64,000 nt of DNA from Hydrogenophilales bacterium 17-64-11 (GCA_002281975.1 NCIH01000007.1:19435-83434), one strand, 5' to 3'. Positions 19,262 through 30,147 are shown, counted from the first letter of the stretch. Translations and numbers: made by a program. Notes: generated from the letters alone by a model not told the origin.

Positions 19262-20257
19262 TCAGTTCCTCCGCGCGCCCGTCGTGCCGTCCGTGCGCTC
19301 GATGCGCACCACGTCGCCCTTGTCGCCACCCAGGCGCAATTCGGCCGCGCCGAACAGCCGGTCCACGATGTAGTACGGCGACCGGAAGCGGTAGTTCACG
19401 AGTTGGCCATCGCCCTGTGCGCCGATCACGAACAGTGGCGGCAACTCGCCCTGTGCGATGCCGCCGGGAAACTGGATGTAGACTTTCTCGCCGTCGTCGA
19501 AGGCGCGCAGCGGCTTCCACGGTGTATTGCTACCGCTGATCGCGTAGCGGAAGCGGATGTTCTCCAGCGACAGGCCCGTATCGAGCGGCGCCGCCGTCTG
19601 CGCCGCCCGCGCCTGGCGCTGCAAGGCCAGCATGCGGTCGCGCGGATAGTCCCAGGACACCGACGCCATCCACGCCTTTTCGGTCGAAGTCAGTTCGATC
19701 AGATAGGTGCGGCGGCTGGTGGTGATGACCAGATTGGTCTTGAGGCCGGTGCGGATCGGCTTGACCAGCACGTTGACGCGCAGTTCGCCGCCGGCGCCGC
19801 TCGACGTATCGCCGACGATCCAGCGCACCGTGTCGCCGGCGGCGACCGTCACCAGTTCCTCGCCGGGCTGGAGTGTAATCACCGTGACCCGCTCGGGACT
19901 CGTATAGACCTGGTACAGCGCGCCGTCGGTAAACGGCCAGACCTGAATCGCATTGATGTAGCCTTCGCGCGTGGGCGCCATGCGCGCTTCCTCGTTGGCG
20001 CGGGATACGCGCACGCGCTCGTCCTCCGGCTCGGGTGTCACCTCCGTTTCCGCGAGTTCGGGCAGCGGCATCAACTGCCCCGGTAGCGGCAAAGGCTCCG
20101 GCACCGCAACCACTTCCATCGGCAGAGGTGGTTCGGGCAAGGGCTGCGCCTGCACCGGCTCGTCGAGCGTGATGCTCGGTGGCTTGCGTGGCGTGGCGCA
20201 GCCCGCCAGCGTGACGGCAATCAATGCAACAGCATAAAAGCGCAAAGACGGTTTCAT
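19262..20257 (-). CDS. trbG: TrbG/VirB9
   Basis: Lipobox LAGC; GDTVRW, TNLVITT, PLRAFDDG, LVNYR. Confidence 0.95.
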   Translation of the reverse strand: MKPSLRFYAVALIAVTLAGCATPRKPPSITLDEPVQAQPLPEPPLPMEVVAVPEPLPLPGQLMPLPELAETEVTPEPEDERVRVSRANEEARMAPTREGYINAIQVWPFTDGALYQVYTSPERVTVITLQPGEELVTVAAGDTVRWIVGDTSSGAGGELRVNVLVKPIRTGLKTNLVITTSRRTYLIELTSTEKAWMASVSWDYPRDRMLALQRQARAAQTAAPLDTGLSLENIRFRYAISGSNTPWKPLRAFDDGEKVYIQFPGGIAQGELPPLFVIGAQGDGQLVNYRFRSPYYIVDRLFGAAELRLGGDKGDVVRIERTDGTTGARRN

Positions 20258-20958
20258 GGCCTGCCTCCTTCGGTTGAGTCGAGTTCACGGCTCCATGACA
20301 GGCCGTTGACGTAGATGCCCAATGGATTGCGGCGCAACCGTTCCTCGGTGCGCGGCGTTTGCAGCACGATGGAGACCACCGCCGTCCAGCGTTCCAGCCC
20401 TGCCGCCGCGCCGTTGACGTAGCGGCGCTCCGTCCAGCGCACGTTGAACGACGTGTCGCTGGCGCGTACAACGCTGTTGATCTCCACCGTCACCGTTTCC
20501 CGGCCGATCCGCGCAAAGGGATCGTTGGTGCGCGCGTAGTCGTTGAGCACGGCCGCGCCGCGGTCGGTGGTGTAGTCGTAGGCTTCGAGCCAGTTGTCCC
20601 GCACCACGATCGGGTCGATGGACAACGAGCGAACTATCGTGACGAAACGTGCCAAGTGATAGCCGATCTGCACGTCTGTTGGCCGGTACGGCGTGGCTGC
20701 CTCACCGACGGCGCGCACCTGCCCGCCGTGGTCCACCTCCACCACGTAGGGCGTGACGATGGACTGCGCCGAGCGCCAGACGAGGCCGCCCGCCATCAGC
20801 AGCGCGAGCGCGAGGCAGCCGAAGGCCATCAGCCGCCAGTTCTTCGCCTGTGCGCGGGCCGAGCCGATGCGCTCGTCCCACACCTGTTCGGCAGCCTGGT
20901 ACGGCGTGGCCGGCTGTGGTGTGTCGGCATAGCGCACCTGCGGTCGTTTGAATCGCAT
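20254..20958 (-). CDS. trbF: TrbF/VirB8
   Basis: WDERIGSAR..NWR, PYVVEVD, NPLGIYV. Confidence 0.95.
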   Translation of the reverse strand: MRFKRPQVRYADTPQPATPYQAAEQVWDERIGSARAQAKNWRLMAFGCLALALLMAGGLVWRSAQSIVTPYVVEVDHGGQVRAVGEAATPYRPTDVQIGYHLARFVTIVRSLSIDPIVVRDNWLEAYDYTTDRGAAVLNDYARTNDPFARIGRETVTVEINSVVRASDTSFNVRWTERRYVNGAAAGLERWTAVVSIVLQTPRTEERLRRNPLGIYVNGLSWSRELDSTEGGRP

Positions 20959-20970
20959 GGCAGGTTCTCC

Positions 20971-22332
20971 TTATGAGTTCGATGGGTCGCGCAGGCTGGG
21001 GCCGCTGCCCGAGCCGCCGCCGTCGCCACCGCGCAGCGTGTGCGCGACGGTGGTGGCGGCATGGGTGAGCTGCTGGCGGCGTTGCAAGCGCCTCGCCCAC
21101 GCGGGTTGTCCGGTGCTGGCGGCGGCGTCCGCACTGCCGCCCTGAGCGGCCGAGCCGGTAGCAGCGCTGCCCGTGGAAGCATCGGGATTGATGGCGGCAG
21201 CGGCACGCGCCTTCAGCGAATGCACACCGGCGGCCACGCGCTGCCCGACCGACTGCGCGCCGGTCCTGGCAACATTGCCCAGACCGGCCGCCGCGCCCTT
21301 GAGGCCACCGCCGGCACCAGAGGAACCCGCTTGGAAGGCCGACTTGGCGCTGCTCGCGGTCGATGCCATCGAACGTGCGCCGCCGACGGCCATGCGGGCA
21401 GCGCCAGGTGCCATGCGCGCGCCGGCCGCAACGGCACCACCGACGCCGGTGGCTACCGCACCCACGGCAACGGCGGTCCCGGCCGCGCCGAGCGTGGCTC
21501 CCGCCATCGCACCGGCGCCGAGCTGCGGCGAACCGGACACCAGTCCGGTAGCAATACCCGGCCCGAAGATCCCGAGCGCCAGCAGCGCAAGGGATGCCAA
21601 CATGATGACCAGCGCATGGTCGATGGAGGGTTCGTCCGGCGCGACCTGGAATTCGGCGAACAGGCCGGTGCCGATGCCGACGATCACCGCCAGCACCAGC
21701 ACCTTGATGCCCGACGACACCACATTGCCCAGCACCTTCTCGGCCAGGAACGCGGTCTTGTTCCACAGCGCGAACGGCACCAGCACGAAGCCGGCAAGCG
21801 TCGTCAGCTTGAACTCGATCAACGTGATGAAAAGCTGGATCGCCAACACGAAGAACGTGACGATCACCACGAGCCAGGCCAGAAACATGACCGCGATGGG
21901 TGTCACGTTCACGAACACCTCGGGGAAGCCCGCCATGTCGCTGATCTGTTCGAGGATCGGCGCGCCGGCGTCAACGCCCACCTTGGCCAGCCGGCCGGGT
22001 TGCAGGAACTCCGCCTGCGTGATGGTCGATCCCGAAGCCATCAATCCCAAACCCGCGAACGAGCGGAACACGATGCTGGCCAGCCAGTTGAAATTGCCGA
22101 TGATGTAAGCGAAGGCACCGATGTAGAGCACCTTGCGGATCAGCTTGGCGATCACATCGTCGCCCTGGCCGGTGGCATGGCTCATCGCCCAATAGAGGCC
22201 CGCGATGGTCATGTCGATCACGATCAAGGTGGCGGTGAGGAACGCAACCTCGCCACCCAGCAGACCGAAGCCCGAGTCGATGTAGGTGGAGAAGACGATG
22301 AGGAAGCGGTCGATCACCGAGATGTCGTTCAT
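20971..22332 (-). CDS. trbL: TrbL/VirB6
   Basis: IDSGFGLL, multi-TM, Gly/Ala-rich tail. Confidence 0.95.
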   Translation of the reverse strand: MNDISVIDRFLIVFSTYIDSGFGLLGGEVAFLTATLIVIDMTIAGLYWAMSHATGQGDDVIAKLIRKVLYIGAFAYIIGNFNWLASIVFRSFAGLGLMASGSTITQAEFLQPGRLAKVGVDAGAPILEQISDMAGFPEVFVNVTPIAVMFLAWLVVIVTFFVLAIQLFITLIEFKLTTLAGFVLVPFALWNKTAFLAEKVLGNVVSSGIKVLVLAVIVGIGTGLFAEFQVAPDEPSIDHALVIMLASLALLALGIFGPGIATGLVSGSPQLGAGAMAGATLGAAGTAVAVGAVATGVGGAVAAGARMAPGAARMAVGGARSMASTASSAKSAFQAGSSGAGGGLKGAAAGLGNVARTGAQSVGQRVAAGVHSLKARAAAAINPDASTGSAATGSAAQGGSADAAASTGQPAWARRLQRRQQLTHAATTVAHTLRGGDGGGSGSGPSLRDPSNS

Positions 22333-22343
22333 GGCGCGTGCCC

Positions 22344-23075
22344 TCAGTCGCCGCCGTAGAACGGCACGGTCTGCGGCGTGTAGGGCGTGCCTTCGCCGTG
22401 GAAGCGTCGCCGCACTTCGCGGGCGCGCTCGGTGGCTGCTGCCTGCCGCGCCAGTTCCAGCGACGCGGCGCGGTCCTGCGTCAACTGGAGCTGCTGCGCC
22501 TGGATCGCCTGCTTGGCCTGCAAGGCCAGCAACTGGCTGGTTGCCTGCATGGCTTGCAACGCGCCGGTGGCCGACTGGCTCTGGCCGACCAGATCGGCCA
22601 GCACGCCTTCGTCCTCGTTGAGGTTCTGCGACACCTGCGCCTGCATCCGCATGGCTGTGTGCAGGCCGTCGAGCGTGTGTCGCCAGCGTTCGCGCGCGTC
22701 CTGCGCCATGCGGTCACCACTGACGGTCGCGGCGTATTCGTGCGGGTACAGCCGGGCGAATTCCCGATCCATGTTCGTCACGTCGTAGGCCAGACCCTGC
22801 GCCTCGGCGATCAGGCGTTCGGTGGTCGCCAGCGTCGAGCGCAGGCGATTGACCACGTTGTAGTCGAGGCTCGTCAGATTGCGTGCCTGGTTGATGAGCA
22901 TCTGCGCTTCGTTCTGAAGCTGCCGCACCTGGTTGTTGATCTGCTCCAGCGTGCGGATCGCGGTCAGCGTGTTCTGGATCAGGTTGGTCGGGTCAATCAC
23001 CGCCCATTGCGCCTGCGCGGCAGGCAGCGTGCAGAACAGAGCGGCAGCGACGGTCGCAAGAAGTGTCTTCTTCAT
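22344..23075 (-). CDS. trbJ: TrbJ/VirB5
   Basis: Signal peptide, DPTNLIQN, SQSATGALQA. Confidence 0.95.
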   Translation of the reverse strand: MKKTLLATVAAALFCTLPAAQAQWAVIDPTNLIQNTLTAIRTLEQINNQVRQLQNEAQMLINQARNLTSLDYNVVNRLRSTLATTERLIAEAQGLAYDVTNMDREFARLYPHEYAATVSGDRMAQDARERWRHTLDGLHTAMRMQAQVSQNLNEDEGVLADLVGQSQSATGALQAMQATSQLLALQAKQAIQAQQLQLTQDRAASLELARQAAATERAREVRRRFHGEGTPYTPQTVPFYGGD

Positions 23076-25510
23076 GACGGTTTCTCCTGTGGTGGATTGG
23101 AAGCGGCAGGTGCGGACGGCAGCAGATCGGCCGCCCAGTCCAGGCCGCAGTGGCGCAGCCAGGCGGCTGCGAAGCTGGAAGACGAAGCCGACGCTTCCAC
23201 CGCGTCAATGTCGCGCTGGTCCTGCGGCGTCGAAGCACCGGCGAAGGCCAGCGCGACCGGCCCCAGGTCGAGGTCAAAGAGGCGATTGCCCAGCCGCGAC
23301 TGGTAGTAGTAGTCGCGCTTGGGCTGCGCGGTGGCGACGATCTCGATTTGCCGGGCGTTGAGGCCGAAGCCTTCGTAGATCTTGCGGATTTGCGGCTCAG
23401 TGGCTTGTGGATTGGGCAGGAAGATGCGGCTTGCGCAGCTCTCCACGATGGCCGGCGCGATGCTGGAGTCCTTGATGTCCGCCAGCGACTGCGTGGCGAA
23501 GATCACCGACACGTTTTTCTTGCGCAGCGTCTTCAACCACTGGCGGATGCGCGCGGCGAACACCGGGTCGTCGAGGAACAGCCACGCCTCGTCGAGAATC
23601 AGCAAAGTCGGTGCGCCGTCGAAACGCTCGTCGAAGCGCGCGAACAGATAACCGAGTACCGCCAGCACGGCGGCGCGGCTCGCCATCAGTTCCTCCATCT
23701 CGAAACCCTGCACGTCGGCGGTGCCCAGACGGTCGTGATCGGCATCGAGCAAACTGCCGTGCGCGCCGCCGAGCACGTAGGGCGCGAGCGCCTGGCGTAG
23801 CGCGTTGTTCTGCAACAGCACGGAAAACCCGGTCAGCGTGCGCTGCTCCACCGGCGCACCGGCGAGACTTTCCAGCGCCGACCAGATGGCCGCCTTCTCG
23901 TCGGGGCCGATGCTCGCGCCTTCACGCAGCATCCGGCCTTCGAGCCATTCGGCGGCCCAAGTGCGGTAGCTTTCTTGGTCGATGCGCGCGAGCGGCTGAA
24001 ACGCGATGCCGCTGTCCGTGCCCAGGTCGTAGTGCTCGCCACCGAGGCCGAGGATGGTGGCGCGCATCGAGCGGCCCATGTCGAAGGCGAAAATGCGTGA
24101 GCCGGGATAACGGCGGAATTGCATCGCCAGCGTGGCGAGCAACACGGACTTGCCCATGCCGGTCGGTCCAACGACAAGGGTGTGGCCGACATCGCCGATG
24201 TGCGTCACCAGACGGAACGGCGTGGCGCCATCGGTGCGCGTGACGATCAAGGGTGGCCCGTCGAGGTGGGCATTCTTCTCCGGCCCGGCCCACACCGCCG
24301 ACACCGGCATCAGGTGCGCGAGGTTCAGCGTCGAGACGATGGGCTGGCGCACGTTCGCGTAGGCGTTGCCCGGAATCGACGACAGCCACGCCTCCACCGC
24401 GTTGAGTGTTTCAGGGATCGTGACGAAACCCCGGCCCTGAATGACGCGCTCCACCCTGCGCAGCTTCTCGTCGGCCGCGCCGGCATCGGTATCGAGCACC
24501 GTCACGGTCGCGGTGACGTAGCCGAAAGCGACTTGATCGCTGCCCAGCTCCTGCAAGGCCGCATCGGCGTCCACCGCCTTGTTCGATGCGTCGGTATCGA
24601 CCAGCGGGCTTTCCTGTTGAAAGATCGTCTCGCGCAGCAGTGCGACGACGTTCTTGCGCTTGGCGAACCACTGGCGGCGCAGGCGGCCGAGTTCCTTTTC
24701 CGCCTCGGACTTGTCCATGCAGAGGAAGCGCGTGCTCCAGCGATAGGCGAAGCCGAGTCGGTTCAGGTCGTCGAGCAGCCCCGGCCAGGTCGAGGTCGGG
24801 AAGCCGCGCACCGACACCACGCGCAAATGCGCATCGCCCAACATCGGCGCAAGCCCGCCGGTCAGCGGGCAGTCGGTCAGCAGCGCATCGAGGTGAAACG
24901 GATGCTCCGGCACGGCCACGTGATAACGCCGCGTGGAGATGGTGGCGTGCAGATAGGTAAGCGTTTCGCTGTCGTCGAGCCAGGCAATCTCTGGCATCAC
25001 GCCGTCGAGCAGGTCGAAGCAACGATCCGTCTCCGCGATGAAGGCGATCAGGCGTTCATGCCAATCCACGCCACGCTGCGACGTATTCTCGTAGAGCAGA
25101 TTCGCGGCGCGTGCGCGGGACTCCTCCGGCGGCAGGCACACCAGCGTCAGGTGATAGCGGCTATCGAAGTGACTCTGGTCTTCCTCGAACACCGCTCGGC
25201 GTTCCTCGTCCACCAGCCAGGACAGCGGTTCGGGAAACTCGGACTGCGGATAGTCAGCCGCTGACAGCCTTTCGGCCTCGACGAACAAGGCCCACCCGGA
25301 ACCCAGGCGGCGTAGCGCGTTGTTGAGCCGCGCTGACGTGGCGATCAGCTCGCCCTGCGTCGCGCTGTCCAGGTCCGGCCCGCGAAAGCATGCTGTCCTT
25401 TGGAACGAACCGTCCTTGTTGAGCACGATGCCGGGCGCCATCAACCCGGCCCAGGGCAGCCAGTCGGCGAGCAGTGCGGGACGCTGACGGTATTCGGCGA
25501 GATGCAACAT
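23072..25510 (-). CDS. trbE: TrbE/VirB4 ATPase
   Basis: GPTGMGKS, LILDEAW, TLRKKN, FATQS. Confidence 0.96.
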   Translation of the reverse strand: MLHLAEYRQRPALLADWLPWAGLMAPGIVLNKDGSFQRTACFRGPDLDSATQGELIATSARLNNALRRLGSGWALFVEAERLSAADYPQSEFPEPLSWLVDEERRAVFEEDQSHFDSRYHLTLVCLPPEESRARAANLLYENTSQRGVDWHERLIAFIAETDRCFDLLDGVMPEIAWLDDSETLTYLHATISTRRYHVAVPEHPFHLDALLTDCPLTGGLAPMLGDAHLRVVSVRGFPTSTWPGLLDDLNRLGFAYRWSTRFLCMDKSEAEKELGRLRRQWFAKRKNVVALLRETIFQQESPLVDTDASNKAVDADAALQELGSDQVAFGYVTATVTVLDTDAGAADEKLRRVERVIQGRGFVTIPETLNAVEAWLSSIPGNAYANVRQPIVSTLNLAHLMPVSAVWAGPEKNAHLDGPPLIVTRTDGATPFRLVTHIGDVGHTLVVGPTGMGKSVLLATLAMQFRRYPGSRIFAFDMGRSMRATILGLGGEHYDLGTDSGIAFQPLARIDQESYRTWAAEWLEGRMLREGASIGPDEKAAIWSALESLAGAPVEQRTLTGFSVLLQNNALRQALAPYVLGGAHGSLLDADHDRLGTADVQGFEMEELMASRAAVLAVLGYLFARFDERFDGAPTLLILDEAWLFLDDPVFAARIRQWLKTLRKKNVSVIFATQSLADIKDSSIAPAIVESCASRIFLPNPQATEPQIRKIYEGFGLNARQIEIVATAQPKRDYYYQSRLGNRLFDLDLGPVALAFAGASTPQDQRDIDAVEASASSSSFAAAWLRHCGLDWAADLLPSAPAASNPPQEKPS

Positions 25511-25520
25511 GGCGTCGTCC

Positions 25521-25793
25521 TCACACGTCCAGCAGAGGCTTGTGCTTGATGTGCCGCGCGAACACCTGCATGAACTGCGGATCGACGCGCGCCCCCCATA
25601 CCGCGAGCGAATGGCCGACGATCCACATCACCAGACCCGGAATCCACAGTTGCAGGCCCAGTCCCACGGCGGCGGCCAGCGTGCCGTTGGCAATGGCGAC
25701 CGTGCGCGGCGCACCGCCCAGCAGGATGGTTTCGGTCAACGAACGATGCAGCGGCACCTCGAAGCCGCTGGCGAACTCATCGGGCGCACTCAT
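25521..25793 (-). CDS. trbD: TrbD/VirB3
   Basis: PLHRSLTE.ILLGGAPR, DPQF. Confidence 0.9.
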   Translation of the reverse strand: MSAPDEFASGFEVPLHRSLTETILLGGAPRTVAIANGTLAAAVGLGLQLWIPGLVMWIVGHSLAVWGARVDPQFMQVFARHIKHKPLLDV

Positions 25794-26176
25794 ACGACAG
25801 CCCCACCGGAGAAGCTGAAGAAGGACAGGAAGAACGAGGACGCCGCGAACGCGATGGACAGGCCGAAGACGATCTGGACCAGTTTGCGAAAGCCGCCCGA
25901 CGTGTCGCCGAAGGCCAGCGCCAGGCCGGTGGCAATGATGATGATGACTGCGACGATGCGCGCCACCGGCCCCTGGATGGAGTCGAGGATGGCTTGCAGC
26001 GGCCCTTCCCAGGGCATGCTGGAACCGGCCGCGTGCGCCGTGCCGGTCGCCAGCAGGAATACGACCGCCAGCAGCAGCCCCTGTTGTGCTGGCCCGGCCA
26101 GGCACCGTAGGCGTGCGAGCAGGGAAAGCGGATTTACGGAAATGCGGGAATCATGAGAAACGTAAGCAGGCGTCAT
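25790..26176 (-). CDS. trbC: TrbC/VirB2 pilin
   Basis: AHAAGSSMPWEGPL..ILDSIQGPVA. Confidence 0.92.
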   Translation of the reverse strand: MTPAYVSHDSRISVNPLSLLARLRCLAGPAQQGLLLAVVFLLATGTAHAAGSSMPWEGPLQAILDSIQGPVARIVAVIIIIATGLALAFGDTSGGFRKLVQIVFGLSIAFAASSFFLSFFSFSGGAVV

Positions 26177-27186
26177 GGCAGTTCTCCAGAGTGGGTTGAG
26201 GACGGGGAAGGAAGCGGCGCGAGCGCGTCGTCGAGTTGGTAGCCCTGACCGTCGAAGCCGGTCACGCGGGCGACGGTCTGGACCTGGCGGGCACGGCCGC
26301 GCCCGGCAATGAAGACAATGACGTTCACCGCTTCGGCGATCAGCGCGCGCGGCGGCGTCATGGCGACTTCGAGAATCAGTTGTTCGAGGCGCAGCAGCGC
26401 GCCGTGCGCGGAGCTGGCGTGCAGCGTGGCAATGCCGCCGGGATGCCCTGTGCCCCACACCTTGATGAGGTCCAGCGCCTCGCCGCCGCGCACTTCGCCG
26501 ACGATCACGCGGTCGGGGCGCAGGCGCATCGTGGCGCGCACCAGTTCCTGCATGCTCACAACCCCGGCGCGGGTGCGCAGCGGCACATGGTCGCGGGCAG
26601 AACACTGAAGCTCCACCGTGTCTTCGAGCACCAGCACGCGATCACCAGTGCTGGCGATTTCGGCCAGCAGCGCATTGGCGAGCGTGGTCTTGCCGGTGCT
26701 GGTGCCGCCGGCGATCAGGATGTTCTGGCGCTCGCGCACGGCGCGGCGCAGGAACTCGGCCTGCTCCGCACTCAGGATGCCGTCGCCCACGTAGTCGGCC
26801 AGGCCGATTACGCCCACGGCACGCTTGCGCAGGGCGAAGGCCGGACCCGGCGCGGCCGGCGGCAGGATGCCCTCAAAGCGCTCGCCGGTCTCTGGCAGCT
26901 CGGCGGTCAGCAGCGGCCGGCCGCGATGCACCTCCGTGCCGACGTGCGCCGCGACCAGGCGGATGATGCGCTCGCCATCGGCGGCCGACAGCGACTCGCC
27001 GGTGGCGGCACGGCCCGTGGAGAGCCGGTCGATCCACAGCGCACCGTCCGGGTTCAGCATCACTTCCACCACGTCCGGGTCTTCGAGCGCGGAAGCGATC
27101 AGCGGCCCCATCGCCGTGCGCAACATGCGAATGCGCCGATCCAGCGAGGTGACAGAGGACGATGGCGGCTGCGGGACGGCACTCAT
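26173..27186 (-). CDS. trbB: TrbB/VirB11 ATPase
   Basis: GGTSTGKTT, EDTVEL, RLRPDRVIVGEVRG, TGHPGG. Confidence 0.95.
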   Translation of the reverse strand: MSAVPQPPSSSVTSLDRRIRMLRTAMGPLIASALEDPDVVEVMLNPDGALWIDRLSTGRAATGESLSAADGERIIRLVAAHVGTEVHRGRPLLTAELPETGERFEGILPPAAPGPAFALRKRAVGVIGLADYVGDGILSAEQAEFLRRAVRERQNILIAGGTSTGKTTLANALLAEIASTGDRVLVLEDTVELQCSARDHVPLRTRAGVVSMQELVRATMRLRPDRVIVGEVRGGEALDLIKVWGTGHPGGIATLHASSAHGALLRLEQLILEVAMTPPRALIAEAVNVIVFIAGRGRARQVQTVARVTGFDGQGYQLDDALAPLPSPSSTHSGELP

Positions 27187-27671
27187 GCGGCAGCCTCCTG
27201 CGCGCGTTCCTGCGCTTCGGCCAGCGCCGCCGTCTCGTCCAGCCGCTGCGTGTCGGGCTGGATCTCCTCGTAGACTTCGCGCACGAGGCTGCGCCCGCGC
27301 AGCAGGTGGCGGCCGAGCTGTTCGATGAACTGCTCGAAGCGCGCCTTGCCCTGTGCCTTCGCGGCTTCCTGATGGGCCTCGGGCAGCGGTGTGCTGACGG
27401 TCAGGTAGTAGCGCACGAACAGCGCCAGCGTTTCGATCTGGATGTTCTGGTCGCGCTCCAGCTTCTCGAACTGGCGCGACAGGCGATCCAGCCGCTTGGC
27501 CATCGCCGCTTCGCGCTGGTCGGCCGCATCCGGCGACAGCCAGGACGCGAGTGCGGCCGCGACGATGCTGGATTTCGAGACGCCTTTCTTCGCGGCCAGC
27601 TCGTCCAGGCGCTTCGCATGGTCGCGCTCGATGAACAGGTTCAGGCGATGGCGGGAATGAAGATGGCTCAT
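27183..27671 (-). CDS. CopG/RHH family protein
   Basis: RHRLNLFI..SKSSIVAAAL; standard position between traG and trbB. Confidence 0.8.
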   Translation of the reverse strand: MSHLHSRHRLNLFIERDHAKRLDELAAKKGVSKSSIVAAALASWLSPDAADQREAAMAKRLDRLSRQFEKLERDQNIQIETLALFVRYYLTVSTPLPEAHQEAAKAQGKARFEQFIEQLGRHLLRGRSLVREVYEEIQPDTQRLDETAALAEAQERAQEAAA

Positions 27672-29662
27672 AGCTGGATTCCGTCGTCGGGGTTGAGGGC
27701 GGCCAGCCGAGCCGCGCGCTGCAAGCGCGGGTCGAGCTGGGACGGCAGGGGAAGCGGCAGATCGTCGTCGTCATCGAGCAGCGCCAGATCGCTGGCCGCG
27801 TGCTCGGATTCAGAGCTGTAGGCGACGACTTCGGACAGCTCGGGCTGTTGGCGCGGGCCGCCTTCGTTGGCGTCTCCCAAGTCCGAAGCCACAGCGGGCA
27901 CGGCAGGCATGGCGGGAATCGCCAAGGCGCTCCAGTCATCGGGCCGCGCGGCCGGGGCATCGGCGTAGCGGCCCTGCGCCAGCGTGGGTGCTGGCAACAC
28001 GCGGCGCTTGAAGTTGGCGTCCGCGTAGTAGCGCAGCTTCTTCGCCTTGATCGGCGGATGGCCGGAGACCATCACCACGGCGTCGTCGGGTGGGAGCTGC
28101 ATCACCTCGCCGGGCGTGAGCAGCGGGCGCGCCGTTTCCTGCCGCGACACCATCAGGTGCCCGAGCCAGGGCGCGAGCCGATGGCCCGCGTAGTTGCGCT
28201 GCGCGCGCAGCTCGGTGGCGGTGCCCAGCGTTTCGGAAATGCGCTTGGCCGTGCGTTCGTCGTTGGTGGCGAAGGTCACGCGCACATGGCAGTTGTCCAG
28301 AATCGAATGGTTCTGGCCGTAGGCTTTGTCGATCTGGTTGAGCGACTGCGAAATCAGGAAGGCGCGCAGCCCGTAGCCGGCCATGAAGGCGAGCGCGGAT
28401 TCAAAGAAGTCGAGCCGGCCGAGTGCGGGGAACTCGTCGAGCATCAGCAGCAGCTTGTGCTTGCGCTCCACGCCGTCGCTGCCATCGAGCGATTCAGTGA
28501 GGCGCCGTCCGATCTGGTTGAGGATCAGACGAATGAGCGGCTTGGTGCGGCTGATGTCCGACGGCGGTACCACGAGGTACAGCGATACAGGATGCTGCGC
28601 GGAAATCAGGTCCGCGATGCGCCAGTCGCAGCGCGACGTGACTTCGGCCACCGTGGGGTCGCGGTACAGGCCAAGGAAACTCATCGCGGTGGACAGCACG
28701 CCGGACCGCTCGTTGTCCGACTTGTTGAGCACTTCGCGCGCAGCAGACGCGACGACGGGATGCGGTGCATCGCCGAGGTGCTTCGTCGTCATCATCCGAT
28801 GCAGCGTCACCTCGAACGGACACGCGGGATCGGACAGGAAGTTGGCGACGCCGCGCAGCGTCTTGTCCTCGCTGGCGTAGAGCACATGCAGGATCGCGCC
28901 GACCAGCAGCGCGTGCGAAGTCTTCTCCCAGTGGTTGCGCCGCTCCAGCGCGCCTTCGGGATCGACCAGAATGTCCGCGATGTTCTGCACGTCGCGCACT
29001 TCATGCGCACCGCGCCGTACTTCCAGCAGCGGGTTGTAGGCGGCGGACTTCGCATCGGTAGGGTTGAATAGCAGGCAGTGCGAGAAGCGCGAGCGCCAGC
29101 CGGCGGTGATAGCCCAGTTCTCGCCCTTGATGTCGTGGATCACGGCGGACGCGGGCCACGACAGCAGCGTGGGCACCACCAGGCCGACGCCCTTGCCCGA
29201 GCGCGTGGGCGCGAAGGTCAGGACGTGTTCTGGGCCTTCGTGTCGCAGGTACTGGCGGCCATGCAGGCCGAGGAAGACTCCGGATGGCTGGGTCAGCCCG
29301 GCTTTGCAGATTTCCGCGGCATCGGCCCAGCGGGCCGAGCCGTAGGTCGTGACCAGACGAGATTGGCGCGAGCGCCAGATGGACATGCCTATGGCGACCA
29401 CCACGGCCACCAAGCCGCTTCCGCCCGCGATGGCGCCACCAATGTCAAAGACGTGCGACGCATAGGCGTCGAAAAGGAACCACCACTCGAACAGCTTCCA
29501 CGGGTGGTAGATCGGCGTGCCAAGGAAATCGAACCACGGCGAGCCAAGACGTATCTGATAACCAAGGGTCGCAGCTGTCCATTGTGTGGCGCTCCACACT
29601 CCGGCGATCACGATGCTGAATACCACGGCAATCTGACCGAACAACACGTTCGTCCCTTGCAT
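27668..29662 (-). CDS. traG: Type IV coupling protein TraG/VirD4
   Basis: APTRSGKGVG, DIKGE, LMLDEFPALG. Confidence 0.96.
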   Translation of the reverse strand: MQGTNVLFGQIAVVFSIVIAGVWSATQWTAATLGYQIRLGSPWFDFLGTPIYHPWKLFEWWFLFDAYASHVFDIGGAIAGGSGLVAVVVAIGMSIWRSRQSRLVTTYGSARWADAAEICKAGLTQPSGVFLGLHGRQYLRHEGPEHVLTFAPTRSGKGVGLVVPTLLSWPASAVIHDIKGENWAITAGWRSRFSHCLLFNPTDAKSAAYNPLLEVRRGAHEVRDVQNIADILVDPEGALERRNHWEKTSHALLVGAILHVLYASEDKTLRGVANFLSDPACPFEVTLHRMMTTKHLGDAPHPVVASAAREVLNKSDNERSGVLSTAMSFLGLYRDPTVAEVTSRCDWRIADLISAQHPVSLYLVVPPSDISRTKPLIRLILNQIGRRLTESLDGSDGVERKHKLLLMLDEFPALGRLDFFESALAFMAGYGLRAFLISQSLNQIDKAYGQNHSILDNCHVRVTFATNDERTAKRISETLGTATELRAQRNYAGHRLAPWLGHLMVSRQETARPLLTPGEVMQLPPDDAVVMVSGHPPIKAKKLRYYADANFKRRVLPAPTLAQGRYADAPAARPDDWSALAIPAMPAVPAVASDLGDANEGGPRQQPELSEVVAYSSESEHAASDLALLDDDDDLPLPLPSQLDPRLQRAARLAALNPDDGIQL

Positions 29663-29880
29663 CTCCCGGCCTCCGATTTCCCCTGCGCGCACTGCGTTCA
29701 ACGTGCCGCTGGTGTCAGGATCGGTGCCGGGTCAGTGCCGGTCAAAGACCGTTATCGGGAGAAAGGTCGAACAAAAAGCAAGAACTCGCGCAGGGGCGTA
29801 GGCAGAAAAAAAGCCGCAAGCGATGGCGCATTGCGGCGTGTTTGACAGAAATTAAATGATTCGTGGCGAACTGCCTACAA

Positions 29881-30147
29881 TCAAAATTTGGGCGGATTCT
29901 CCAGTGATGTATACGGCACCTTGCCGTCGCCATAGAAGCGCTTGCGCGTTGCCTCAGAAACCCGGTTGCACAACTCATTGCCCAGCTTGGCTCGTTCCAG
30001 CTTGCATTGCTGACGCAGCTCTTTGAGGCGCTCGGGATTAGCTGCAAGGGACTCCACCGTTTCAATGGTGGTCTTGGTCGCGATCGGGTTTGACTGACCG
30101 CATGCGGTTAGCATCAAAGCGAGCAGAAGCAGGATGATCTTCTTCAT
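29881..30147 (-). CDS. eexN: EexN-family entry exclusion lipoprotein
   Basis: Lipobox LTAC; ETVESLAANPERLKELRQQC. Confidence 0.75.
   Translation of the reverse strand: MKKIILLLLALMLTACGQSNPIATKTTIETVESLAANPERLKELRQQCKLERAKLGNELCNRVSEATRKRFYGDGKVPYTSLENPPKF

Noticed and set aside
22332-22344. Absence of trbK between trbJ and trbL
   Set aside because: An EexN-like lipoprotein lies upstream of traG, so no deletion needs to be invoked
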